From a virus (taxonomy: Duplodnaviria; Caudoviricetes), in the IMG/VR virus record IMGVR_UViG_3300016474_000243, positions 1 through 34,714 of that record: a DNA stretch of 34,714 nucleotides; one strand, 5' to 3'. Below are positions 17,434 through 25,216 of this stretch, piece after piece. Under the pieces are notes generated by a model. It saw only the letters and a list, made by a program, of their open reading frames with translations, was not told the origin of the DNA and searched no databases. Position numbers and translations under genes: made by a program. Each line of letters begins with the position of its first letter. Position 1 is the first letter of the stretch.

Positions 17434-17628
17434 ATGACGAACAATTTTGAAACAGTAATGATTGAGGTTGCAGATCGCAAGGCGTACGCAGAATTACGCC
17501 GTGAAGGCTATAACTGCATAGCATCAAACGACGGTATCATCTGGATGCGTAGACTTATAAACTGGCAAGAGTATGACTGTGATTATTTAGACTCTGCCGA
17601 ATATCATGAGAAACTCATCAGTTATTAA
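17434..17628 (+). CDS. Hypothetical early protein
   Basis: Operon packing; leader resembles that of the previous gene. Confidence 0.65.
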   Translation: MTNNFETVMIEVADRKAYAELRREGYNCIASNDGIIWMRRLINWQEYDCDYLDSAEYHEKLISY

Positions 17629-17641
17629 ATAGGGTTAAATT

Positions 17642-17851
17642 ATGACGGAATGGAATGACATTATTAAAAGTTTACGGCCGGTGACTTGGGAAGAGATTAA
17701 ACGATTTTATAAAGTTGGTCGTAATGAAATACTGCCAGATGACTGGGAGGAGGCGTTCTGCTATGCGTTCTCTAAATCAAGGGATCCGCACTGGATCGAT
17801 CTATTAGCAACGGGCTATAAAGCAGCCCAAACTAAGTACCAACCAAAATAA
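17642..17851 (+). CDS. Hypothetical early protein
   Basis: AGGG SD-like leader; Trp-rich; GYKAAQ motif. Confidence 0.65.
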   Translation: MTEWNDIIKSLRPVTWEEIKRFYKVGRNEILPDDWEEAFCYAFSKSRDPHWIDLLATGYKAAQTKYQPK

Positions 17852-17860
17852 CCCCTACAA

Positions 17861-17895
17861 CCCCCTAGGTTGCGTTTTGTAGCGGAGCCTAGGGG
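17861..17895. terminator. Hairpin between convergent genes
   Basis: CCCCTAGG...CCTAGGGG inverted repeat; no clear U-tract. Confidence 0.45.
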
Positions 17896-17916
17896 TAACC
17901 CTACCCCTACCCTTGG

Positions 17917-18213
17917 TCAATTATCTTTAGCCTCTAAAACGTGCTTCGGTGCGCATGTAAATGAACCTCCTGAGGCTTTACGCTTGGGACCTATACTCCA
18001 GTTGCGCTTGGAAAGGTATTCAATGGGTACTTTACACACCCAAGAGGTAATTTTATTACCTTGGTGGGAGAGTTTTATTTCTAAGAGTTTTTCTTCTCCA
18101 CCGATGCGCTTACAGAGCTTAGCAAATTGTTTTGGCTTGGTAGTACTCCAACGAAAGAACCCTAATGCTACATCAGCGTCATTGATTAGAATTATAGTTT
18201 CATTATCGCTCAT
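17917..18213 (-). CDS. Hypothetical protein downstream of the initiator
   Basis: 98-aa ORF with AAGGAAG upstream; natural amino-acid composition. Confidence 0.6.
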   Translation of the reverse strand: MSDNETIILINDADVALGFFRWSTTKPKQFAKLCKRIGGEEKLLEIKLSHQGNKITSWVCKVPIEYLSKRNWSIGPKRKASGGSFTCAPKHVLEAKDN

Positions 18214-18298
18214 AAGTAATACTTCCTTTGCGTTACGCAGTGAAAGTGGAACTTACTACGCTTATGTTTATAATTCAATAACGAGCATCCTAGAGGCT

Positions 18299-18799
18299 TT
18301 AACAGGGTATCCGCTTCCTAACCATAGCTTGCCTAGCTTCATCCCATACCATTTCAAAGGTAAATTTAGACTTATCCACAGACTTATCCACAGGCGGGCC
18401 TTTGTAATGTGTTTCTTTATAATTGTTTATTTGTAATGTGTTTCTTTGTATGTGTTCATTTTGAACACCCTGGGAGTTCATTTTGAACACCTCAGGCTGT
18501 TCATTTTGAACAGCTTGCCTGTTCATTTTGAACACCCTGGAGGTATGCAAAAACCGTTTATTGCCTTCTCTTGTGATAGTAATGTGGTCGGACTTAGCAA
18601 GCCGCTGAAAAAGGCGGTGTAGTGTAGTCTCAGAGATGCCTAGCTGTTTAGCTATGTACGGTCGACTGGCAAAGCACTCTTTGTTCTGCGCCTCGTATTC
18701 GCCAATATAAGCTAGAAGCAGCGCGCCTTCTAATCCTATCTCTTGTATGTGTTGTTTGTTGACCTTGAAAAAAGGCGTAAAAGATGGTAGTTTTGTCAT
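18299..18799 (-). CDS. Replication initiator protein (N-terminal winged HTH, lambda O-like architecture)
   Basis: CFASRPYIAKQLGISETTLHRLFQRL; internal iterons translate as VFKMN/VQNE repeats; ATG at 18799 preferred. Confidence 0.8.
   Translation of the reverse strand: MTKLPSFTPFFKVNKQHIQEIGLEGALLLAYIGEYEAQNKECFASRPYIAKQLGISETTLHRLFQRLAKSDHITITREGNKRFLHTSRVFKMNRQAVQNEQPEVFKMNSQGVQNEHIQRNTLQINNYKETHYKGPPVDKSVDKSKFTFEMVWDEARQAMVRKRIPC
18372..18392 (+). promoter_or_regulatory. Two tandem consensus DnaA boxes
   Basis: TTATCCACA at 18372-18380 and 18384-18392. Confidence 0.8.
18454..18534. repeat. Four iterons GTTCATTTTGAACA (replication origin)
   Basis: Copies start at 18454, 18476, 18499 and 18521; each has a palindromic GTTCA-N3-TGAAC core. 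Confidence 0.9.
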
Positions 18800-18811
18800 A
18801 TCAGTTCCATT

Positions 18812-18852
18812 AAAAAAGCCCCTGTTTTGTTTTCCGACGAGCAGGGGTTTTT
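18812..18852. terminator. Bidirectional terminator-like hairpin upstream of the initiator gene
   Basis: AAAAAAGCCCCTG...CAGGGGTTTTTT. Confidence 0.55.
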
Positions 18853-18920
18853 TGTTATTCCAACCAGTTATACTCCCCTGGGAATAATCTCTCAAGTTTT
18901 TTTCGCTTTTGTCGAATTAA

Positions 18921-18964
18921 TTGTTTACAAGGTAGCATCATACTGCTACTGTGATTGTAAACAA
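18921..18964 (+). promoter_or_regulatory. Early promoter 2 bracketed by operators
   Basis: TTTACA(18924)-17 nt-TACTGT(18947) with extended TG; TTGTTTACAA at 18921 and TTGTAAACAA at 18955. Confidence 0.7.
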
Positions 18965-19003
18965 TACAGGTTAGCCTGTTAATAACTATAGGGATTTATA
19001 ATT

Positions 19004-19321
19004 ATGCGATCATTATTAGCAGCAATAGTATTTATGCCGATACTGGCAGTAGCAGAGGATACAAGATGGGTCGAGGAATATGCTGAGCGCATGTATCCGA
19101 CTAAACCACAGCAGCAGGTTTACGGGATGCCAGTACAGCCAATGTTACCCGTACCGCAGGATACAGGGCCGTGGGGTACAGGTTACAGTATTGTGACCAC
19201 TACCAAGCCCAAAATTAATATTTTTAACCGAGACTTGACTGGCTCTGAGACTGTTCAGCGTATTGTGCCAAACGACGCGCTGGGGCAACCGATGAAAGGA
19301 TTAGACCTAAACAACTGGTAA
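19004..19321 (+). CDS. Exported Pro-rich protein with signal peptide
   Basis: MRSLLAAIVFMPILAVA|EDT, a Sec/SPI-like signal with an AVA cleavage motif. Confidence 0.7.
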   Translation: MRSLLAAIVFMPILAVAEDTRWVEEYAERMYPTKPQQQVYGMPVQPMLPVPQDTGPWGTGYSIVTTTKPKINIFNRDLTGSETVQRIVPNDALGQPMKGLDLNNW

Positions 19322-19391
19322 AGCACAGTGGGGCGTTGAGGCGCTCCAGGATGCTTAGCCGATTGTGGACAAGCAAAACTAGGAGAAATAT

Positions 19392-19598
19392 ATGCGAAGA
19401 TACTTTATCACCGGATATCTACTAATTGTGGCAGGTTGCATCATCAGTCTATGCACTGGATGCACCGGCATAGAGGCTGGGGGCAAATTGTGGATAACTC
19501 GTGTAGACGAGCGTCAAGAGTCACAGCGCACCCACAACGTGCCACTAAAGTGTTACCTTTGGCAGGATTGCACTAAATCTGTAGAGCAAGGGAGCTAA
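19392..19598 (+). CDS. Putative small lipoprotein
   Basis: AGGAG SD; MRR n-region, hydrophobic core and lipobox-like SLCTG|C. Confidence 0.65.
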   Translation: MRRYFITGYLLIVAGCIISLCTGCTGIEAGGKLWITRVDERQESQRTHNVPLKCYLWQDCTKSVEQGS

Positions 19599-19601
19599 GC
19601 C

Positions 19602-19766
19602 ATGATTGATAACATAAAACAACTTTTATTTACGCCTACTGGCATCATTGTCACGCTGCTACATGTTGCTTTCTTTGTCGGTGTTGTTACCTGCACTGTT
19701 GGCTTCAAAGTCTACGTTTTAGGCGAAGACCCCGCTGCAATAACAGCAACGGTTAGGCGAAAATGA
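19602..19766 (+). CDS. 54-aa membrane protein (not in ORF track)
   Basis: GGAG SD; MIDNIKQLLFTPTGIIVTLLHVAFFVGVVTCTVGFKVYVLG...RRK; ATGA overlap with the SLT gene. Confidence 0.75.
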   Translation: MIDNIKQLLFTPTGIIVTLLHVAFFVGVVTCTVGFKVYVLGEDPAAITATVRRK

Positions 19767-20236
19767 GCCAGGGATGGATTGTCGCTGGAATGGTTGCGCT
19801 CGCCTGGTACGTCTTAGTGCCCGAAACTGCTGTTTATCACGGGAGTAGGGTAGCTAGACTACCAGTAGAGCCAACTCGCAGCGTACTTGAGGCCGAGATA
19901 GACCGAGCCGCCGATGCTTACGGGCTAAGGCGTGCCGTTCTACGGGCTCTAGTGCGCGTAGAAAGCGCGTTTAATCCTAAAGCAGTGTCACGAGTAGGGG
20001 CTAGAGGCATAGCGCAAATTATGCCTTTTAACGCAGCTAGGTGCGGTTTACCTGATGCGGCAAAGCTGTGGGATGCGACTTATAACCTTCGCTGTGGAGC
20101 TAAAATTCTGCGCGAAGAGTTAGACCAGCATGGCGACCTGCACAAGGCTCTTACCGTGTACAACTGCGGCAAGGTTAAATGTGCCGAAGGTCAGAGATAT
20201 GCCGCTAAGGTAATATCTCTTTCAAAACTATATTAA
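19763..20236 (+). CDS. Lytic transglycosylase (SLT domain) with N-terminal membrane anchor
   Basis: ALVRVES.FNPKAVS..GARGIAQIMP, NLRCGA and YNCG motifs; hydrophobic N-terminus. Confidence 0.9.
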   Translation: MSQGWIVAGMVALAWYVLVPETAVYHGSRVARLPVEPTRSVLEAEIDRAADAYGLRRAVLRALVRVESAFNPKAVSRVGARGIAQIMPFNAARCGLPDAAKLWDATYNLRCGAKILREELDQHGDLHKALTVYNCGKVKCAEGQRYAAKVISLSKLY

Positions 20237-20237
20237 A

Positions 20238-20271
20238 TTGTTTACACGCGAACAAAATAGGTGTATACAAT
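20238..20271 (+). promoter_or_regulatory. Early promoter 3 with paired operators
   Basis: TTGTTTACAC at 20238 and GTGTATACAA at 20261; -35 TTTACA with -10 TATACA or TACAAT. Confidence 0.6.
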
Positions 20272-20301
20272 TTTGTGTCTTTATAACTAGGAGGCAATAA
20301 A

Positions 20302-20532
20302 ATGACATTATTAGAATCAACACCGGACGAGCTACGTTTTGCGCTTGAGCATAACGGGCACAAATTCGACGTAGAAGGCGCTTACTTAGGCGACGGAAGG
20401 TTAGTTTTAGACCCTGCAATGGGCTGGAACCGGCTATCCGCACTGTTGCAACAGGACATCGAAAGCCTATACGAAACACTAGATGAAGTTATCTATAACG
20501 CGATGCCGGAGCTTTATGACAGACACAGTTAA
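20302..20532 (+). CDS. Hypothetical acidic protein
   Basis: AGGAGG SD. Confidence 0.7.
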   Translation: MTLLESTPDELRFALEHNGHKFDVEGAYLGDGRLVLDPAMGWNRLSALLQQDIESLYETLDEVIYNAMPELYDRHS

Positions 20533-20743
20533 ATGGGTAATGTGCCCGAAATGCGACATAGTACAGCCCATACTATCAACTTGGATCAACTACGGCGGTT
20601 TTGAGGTTGTCGACTGTACCTGGTGTGAGTTTGAGAACGGAGCACCGTACAATTTTGACCGGCACAGCAATCGAGTAGACGAGCCAACAACAGACGAAAT
20701 AAAAGAATTATTAAATAAGGTAAAGAAATGTCAAAAGAACTAA
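20516..20743 (+). CDS. Zinc-finger-like protein
   Basis: CPKC...CTWC; GGAG before ATG at 20516. Confidence 0.65.
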   Translation: MTDTVKWVMCPKCDIVQPILSTWINYGGFEVVDCTWCEFENGAPYNFDRHSNRVDEPTTDEIKELLNKVKKCQKN

Positions 20744-21567
20744 CAACATTAAACAACATGGAAATGCTTCAGGCACTCCGAAACACGGTAGCTCCTGGTT
20801 TAACTGAGCCAGAGTTTCGTCTCTTTGCTGAGATGTGCAGAGCCACAGGACTGAATCCAGCTACTAAAGAAATATGGGCTATTAAAGCCGGTGGCAGGTT
20901 ACAGTTAATGACCGGCATCAATGGCTTTCTAAAAATCGCTAATAGTCATCCTGCGTTTGACGGTATGGAAGTAGCGCACGAGTGGGACGGCAAGCAGCTT
21001 GTGTCGTGTACTGTTAAGGTACACCGCAAGGATCGCAGGTTTCCATCGGTAGCTACGGCATACATGGCTGAATACGCTAAACCGTCTCCGGTGTGGAGGC
21101 AGATGCCAACGGTGATGTTAAGTAAGTGCGCGAAGAGCCTAGCCATAAGAGAGGCATTTATCCAAGAATTAGGTGGCCTTTACACAGCAGAAGAGATGCC
21201 AGCATCTTATTCAGCACCGCGACCAGAGGCCCCAGAAGGCATGGAGACGGTAGTTAGCAGTAAGACCGGCGAAGTACTAGGGTATAAGGGTAAAGATGTC
21301 ACCTTGAACGGCGTAGAAGGTGTAGAGGTGATAGAAGAAGAGGGAATTGAAGTTGCACCTGAAGCAGCAGAGGAACCTAACCGACCGAGGAAAGCTGTAC
21401 CAACGTTTTATGACGTGCGACCGCTAGAAGGTAAGCCCAAATTAACTGCCGAAAAGTATCTTCGTGATTGTGAAGCTAAAGAGGTAATGCCAGGTGTTTG
21501 GCGTTCACCGATACGGCTAGAAAAGCTAACGCAGTGCATCACGGAGGATGTAAAAGATGCTAATTAA
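20728..21567 (+). CDS. bet: Single-strand annealing recombinase, Bet/RecT family
   Basis: CRATGLNPATKEIWAIK, GINGFLKIANSHPAFDGME and WRQMPTVMLSKCAKSLAIREAF. Confidence 0.92.
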   Translation: MSKELTTLNNMEMLQALRNTVAPGLTEPEFRLFAEMCRATGLNPATKEIWAIKAGGRLQLMTGINGFLKIANSHPAFDGMEVAHEWDGKQLVSCTVKVHRKDRRFPSVATAYMAEYAKPSPVWRQMPTVMLSKCAKSLAIREAFIQELGGLYTAEEMPASYSAPRPEAPEGMETVVSSKTGEVLGYKGKDVTLNGVEGVEVIEEEGIEVAPEAAEEPNRPRKAVPTFYDVRPLEGKPKLTAEKYLRDCEAKEVMPGVWRSPIRLEKLTQCITEDVKDAN

Positions 21568-21611
21568 GATAAAAAAACAATTATTAAAATTAAAAGCGGA
21601 GAATGTAGTAC

Positions 21612-21830
21612 ATGGTAACGACACCAAAAAAGAAAAAACAGGATTACGACCGAGAGGCAGAAGTCCGAGCAGGTTGGACAAGGCACACAACGTATGTAAG
21701 ACGGGAGTACGTCAACTTTTTGAAGACCTACGCAAACAACAACAACACATTTTTAATGGACGTAATCGATGAAATCTTCGGCAAATTCATTAAAAAACAA
21801 ACTGCTAAAAGTTCTAGAAAGGATTGCTGA
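21612..21830 (+). CDS. Putative ribbon-helix-helix DNA-binding protein
   Basis: GGAG SD; strand TRHTTYV followed by two amphipathic helices. Confidence 0.55.
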   Translation: MVTTPKKKKQDYDREAEVRAGWTRHTTYVRREYVNFLKTYANNNNTFLMDVIDEIFGKFIKKQTAKSSRKDC

Positions 21831-21927
21831 AAGTTTCAAAAGTGAAGAAAGACTAAGCGAATTCGAGCGGGGCCAACTCGATGGAATCCGCTGGGCAATT
21901 CAAATAATGAACGAAGTAGAAGAATAA
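21769..21927 (+). CDS. 52-aa hypothetical protein (not in ORF track)
   Basis: MKSSANSLKNKLLKVLERIAESFKSEERLSEFERGQLDGIRWAIQIMNEVEE. Confidence 0.55.
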   Translation: MKSSANSLKNKLLKVLERIAESFKSEERLSEFERGQLDGIRWAIQIMNEVEE

Positions 21928-21960
21928 AAAACCCCGTTAGGGCTTACGCTCTAACGAGGT
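21926..21960. terminator. Terminator-like hairpin
   Basis: CGTTAGGGC-TTAC-GCTCTAACG preceded by an A-run. Confidence 0.5.
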
Positions 21961-22083
21961 CTAACTAGAAGGCTATGCGAAATAGCTTACTAATAAAATA
22001 ACACGGAGCAAAACGCAGTGTCTAGCAACATTGTAAAAATAAGCGACGTAATAACAAAAGTAACAAACAAACTAAGAAAAAGT

Positions 22084-22383
22084 ATGAATAAGCCAGTTAT
22101 AGACTTCAAAAATAAAGGCGTGTCAGTAGCAGTGTGGAATACTAAAAATGGAGGCTACTCGTTTAGCTTGCAAAAACGCTACAAGGACAAACAAACAGGG
22201 GAATGGAAAGAGTCACGCTACTATTACAAAGATGAGTTAGAAAGCCTCATAGACCTTCTAAAAGAGGCTGTAGGTTATGCCGCTTCAAGGTCAGAGCATG
22301 AATCACAGGGCAGTAAAACGGGCGTTGGAATGAATGCAACTCGTGAACTAACTCAAGAAGAACTTGACGACCTACCATTTTAG
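22084..22383 (+). CDS. Single-stranded DNA-binding-like protein
   Basis: VSVAVW...FSLQKRYKDKQTGEWK and an SSB-type acidic tail ELDDLPF. Confidence 0.7.
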   Translation: MNKPVIDFKNKGVSVAVWNTKNGGYSFSLQKRYKDKQTGEWKESRYYYKDELESLIDLLKEAVGYAASRSEHESQGSKTGVGMNATRELTQEELDDLPF

Positions 22384-22384
22384 T

Positions 22385-22879
22385 ATGCACAAGCCAATAC
22401 CGTTTACGCTATCACAAGCTGAGATGTTGTTAGCCGCAGAAGCTGGTTGCATACGCAGACTTGCTGCAATCAAGCATAACAGACAACACAACAATGGAGT
22501 GCCGACAATAGACATGTGGGGCATGGATATTGAAGGTGCTGCTGCTGAGTTTGTGGTGGCTAAATGGTTAGGCAAGTTTTGGCATTGCGTGGCGGATGAC
22601 CCGACGCAACTAGAAGGCGATGCAGGACGCTATCAAGTGCGCCACACAAAGCGAATAGATGGCAGTCTTATATTGCATGATAAAGATAAAAGCGAAGCAG
22701 TATTTGTGTTAGTTGTTGGTCAATATCCAAACTATCAAATTTGTGGCTGGATAGATGGGGAAACAGGCAAACAGCAACGATACTGGCGTAATTGTGAGCG
22801 ACCGGCTTACTTTGTACCGCAAGATGCTTTGCTTGATCCAATAGAACTAGAAATAAGCGTAAAGAGTAGAGAATTATGA
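22385..22879 (+). CDS. Hypothetical protein, possible restriction-endonuclease-like fold
   Basis: GAAAE.VVA..LG, GD...QVR and VFVLV...ICGW pattern. Confidence 0.5.
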   Translation: MHKPIPFTLSQAEMLLAAEAGCIRRLAAIKHNRQHNNGVPTIDMWGMDIEGAAAEFVVAKWLGKFWHCVADDPTQLEGDAGRYQVRHTKRIDGSLILHDKDKSEAVFVLVVGQYPNYQICGWIDGETGKQQRYWRNCERPAYFVPQDALLDPIELEISVKSREL

Positions 22880-23352
22880 GTAAAACACGCAAAGTTAAAA
22901 ATAAAATTGGACAATATGTAAAAACCCACGGAATGACATTTAGTTCAACCTATCGTTCTTGGGGCATGATGATTCAAAGATGCACAAACCCAAAACATAA
23001 TTGGTATAAAGCATACGGCGGTAAAGGAATAAAAATTGCAACTGAATGGTTAGATTTTAAGAACTTTTTAGCGGATATGGGAGAACGACCTGCCGGCAAA
23101 TCCTTAGACCGTATTGATAATAATTTAGATTATTGCAAAAAAAATTGCCGATGGGCTACGCCTTTAGAACAGGCGCGTAACAGAACAAATAGGCGAATGG
23201 TTGAATATAATGGAAGCCATTATGGAGTTACAGAACTTTGCGAAATGCTTAAAATTAAAAGGCAATCATTTTATAATTTTTTATATTCAGGTAAATCAGT
23301 AAATGAAATAATTAAAATTTTTGTGAAGAGACAACATGAAGCAAAGTGTTGA
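22876..23352 (+). CDS. HNH-type homing endonuclease
   Basis: THGM...W..MIQRC...YGGKGI...F..DMGERP...SLDRIDN...NCRWAT..EQARNR; AT-rich. Confidence 0.85.
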   Translation: MSKTRKVKNKIGQYVKTHGMTFSSTYRSWGMMIQRCTNPKHNWYKAYGGKGIKIATEWLDFKNFLADMGERPAGKSLDRIDNNLDYCKKNCRWATPLEQARNRTNRRMVEYNGSHYGVTELCEMLKIKRQSFYNFLYSGKSVNEIIKIFVKRQHEAKC

Positions 23353-23533
23353 AGAGATGGCGGAGGAGTACCGTGAGAATCATGACGAGTGCGAGTTTGC
23401 TCGTGATGCCTTCCTCGCTGGCTACAAGGCGGCGCAGGATACCTACAAGGACGCTATATCGACGTACGAAAAAGTAGCTAAGCAAATGCTGGAAGAAGCT
23501 GTACGCATAATGTCACCAAAGGAGGAGAGATGA
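23336..23533 (+). CDS. Hypothetical helical protein
   Basis: Overlap-coupled to neighbours; AFLAGYKAAQ motif. Confidence 0.65.
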   Translation: MKQSVEEMAEEYRENHDECEFARDAFLAGYKAAQDTYKDAISTYEKVAKQMLEEAVRIMSPKEER

Positions 23534-23739
23534 GCTATCCAAAGCGAATTAGGTTAAAACTTATATGGACTCCTGCTCTTATGGCTCAGCACCAAAAGCA
23601 GTGGGGTGACTTGCCTAGAGCTAAGTACAAACTCGTCACAGTACACAGCAAAGGCGAGGAGATAGAAATGAGAAGGCGTAACAAAGAAGATGTAGAGTGG
23701 CTTAGGCGTGGTGGATATAAAATGCCGGAGGAAAAATGA
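23530..23739 (+). CDS. Hypothetical basic protein
   Basis: GGAGG SD; ATGA overlaps at both ends. Confidence 0.65.
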   Translation: MSYPKRIRLKLIWTPALMAQHQKQWGDLPRAKYKLVTVHSKGEEIEMRRRNKEDVEWLRRGGYKMPEEK

Positions 23740-24290
23740 AATACTCTCTAGTCGGAGAACTACCTCGCCACATCTATTGCTACGTTGATAGCACTTACAC
23801 GCACAAGGAGCCGCAGGGCTTTATCCCTTGCGTATGGTTTGGCCTAGTATCCTACCCTGGGAGAGTATGGGGATGCACTGTAATGCTAGATTGTGGAGCC
23901 ATATATAGGAACGTGCCAGTTCATGCATTGTCCTTTGTGCCGTACCCTGCCCTACCTTGGTCAGCTAACGAAGCTCAAACCTGGGACTGCTACGGCGAAG
24001 ATTTTACGCTCCTAGAATACAGCTACCTATCTGGCCTACAGTGTAACGCTAAAACAAAACGAGGCGAGTTTATAGGCGAATACCTGTTTACCGCTGCACC
24101 TATTGGCGATGGTTTCTCAGCAGTACCAGAACAAGCTAAAGAGTTTTGCTTTATTAAGCTAGACATAGGCCGCTTAACAGTACAACCAACAGACAAGGTG
24201 GTTTTTGACGAACCTAGTTTTACAACCGGAGAGCTAGACTTTCCAAGCGGCTTGGTTAGACAATCTTATGTATTCAGTACAGAAAAATAA
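23736..24290 (+). CDS. Hypothetical beta-rich phage protein
   Basis: GGAGG SD; 184 aa; GAIYRNVPVHAL and QTWDC motifs. Confidence 0.7.
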   Translation: MKYSLVGELPRHIYCYVDSTYTHKEPQGFIPCVWFGLVSYPGRVWGCTVMLDCGAIYRNVPVHALSFVPYPALPWSANEAQTWDCYGEDFTLLEYSYLSGLQCNAKTKRGEFIGEYLFTAAPIGDGFSAVPEQAKEFCFIKLDIGRLTVQPTDKVVFDEPSFTTGELDFPSGLVRQSYVFSTEK

Positions 24291-24414
24291 GTTTATGATG
24301 TTTACGAGCAACGCAGAAAAGGTTTTACCGAATGTAACCTTAGCTGATGGCAGGATGCCTGACGCCAATAAAGTACGGTTATAAACACCTGCTTTGCTCA
24401 CCTTTATAAAAAGT

Positions 24415-24723
24415 ATGGTAAATTCACGAGCAAAAGGGGCAGCAGGAGAGCGAGAGTTAGCAAACAAGCTAAAGGAGTACGGCTTTCAGGCTAGACGGAC
24501 TCAACAGTTTTGCGGTACCGCAGGAGATTCTGATGTTACCTGCACCGAATTAGCCTCATACCACATCGAATGTAAGCGAGTGCAAAATCTGAACGTAGAC
24601 AAGGCAATAGACCAAGCTACTAGAGATTGTGGAGATAAAACTCCCGTTGTGATACATCGTAAAAACAATCGCCCCTGGTTGGTAACATTGTATCTTGAAG
24701 ATTGGCTAAAATTAGTAAAATGA
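24415..24723 (+). CDS. Holliday junction resolvase-like PD-(D/E)xK nuclease
   Basis: MVNSRAKGAAGERELA, DSDV and IECKR. Confidence 0.8.
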   Translation: MVNSRAKGAAGERELANKLKEYGFQARRTQQFCGTAGDSDVTCTELASYHIECKRVQNLNVDKAIDQATRDCGDKTPVVIHRKNNRPWLVTLYLEDWLKLVK

Positions 24724-25034
24724 TTTACATCGAAGATGTGTTTGACCAGCGGCCTATCACCATGCCAGAAGAGGTTCTATGGCTTGCAGTTATAGAACGC
24801 GCAATGATGGATTATTGCAAACCTACAAAAGAATTAAACATTAAGCATAAAAACGACCTGCACTGGTTCTTTTTCACTACCGAACCAGAACCGTTTAACC
24901 TGCTTTTTATCTGCGATACTATCTTTGATGATGCCGGTGCTGCAAAACTTATAATCAAACGCATTAATAAATTAAAGGAAGAGGCAGCGCCCCTTTGCGT
25001 ATCTAAGATAAGATTTTGCGACCTAGAAGATTAA
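24720..25034 (+). CDS. Hypothetical protein, possible transcription regulator
   Basis: LWLAVIERAMMDY...WFF...FICD; last early gene; ATGA overlap. Confidence 0.55.
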   Translation: MIYIEDVFDQRPITMPEEVLWLAVIERAMMDYCKPTKELNIKHKNDLHWFFFTTEPEPFNLLFICDTIFDDAGAAKLIIKRINKLKEEAAPLCVSKIRFCDLED

Positions 25035-25216
25035 CGACGCTTTTTCTTCTCAATAAGTGACCAAGCCTGAGCAGCGCCGTACATTACAGCACCAGCAACT
25101 ACTGGCTCCGCAGCTTTAACAAGGCCATCAGCAGCCTCTTCGGTAACGCCAATGGTAAGCAAGCTACCAGCGGCTAGAGTAAGCAAGTGTCTAACAATGG
25201 ATAAAAGTACTGGCAT
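25031..25216 (-). CDS. Putative holin (two TM helices; Pam3 gp28-like)
   Basis: SIVRHLLTLAAGSL...AWS plus basic tail KKKRR. Confidence 0.7.
   Translation of the reverse strand: MPVLLSIVRHLLTLAAGSLLTIGVTEEAADGLVKAAEPVVAGAVMYGAAQAWSLIEKKKRR

Noticed and set aside
17800-17835. GYKAAQ shared by ORFs 17642-17851 and 23336-23533
   Set aside because: It is a short helical motif of a kind common in small phage proteins, with no further similarity.
17870-18436. 188-aa plus-strand ORF
   Set aside because: It is antisense to the initiator 3' end and the 98-aa gene, with a TTG start inside a hairpin.
18454-18534. Palindromic repeats as a mini-CRISPR array
   Set aside because: The repeats are 14 bp with 8-9 bp spacers, lie inside a coding gene and have no cas genes nearby; they fit iterons.
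24296-24385. 29-codon ORF before the resolvase
   Set aside because: It is too short, with no SD or motif support.
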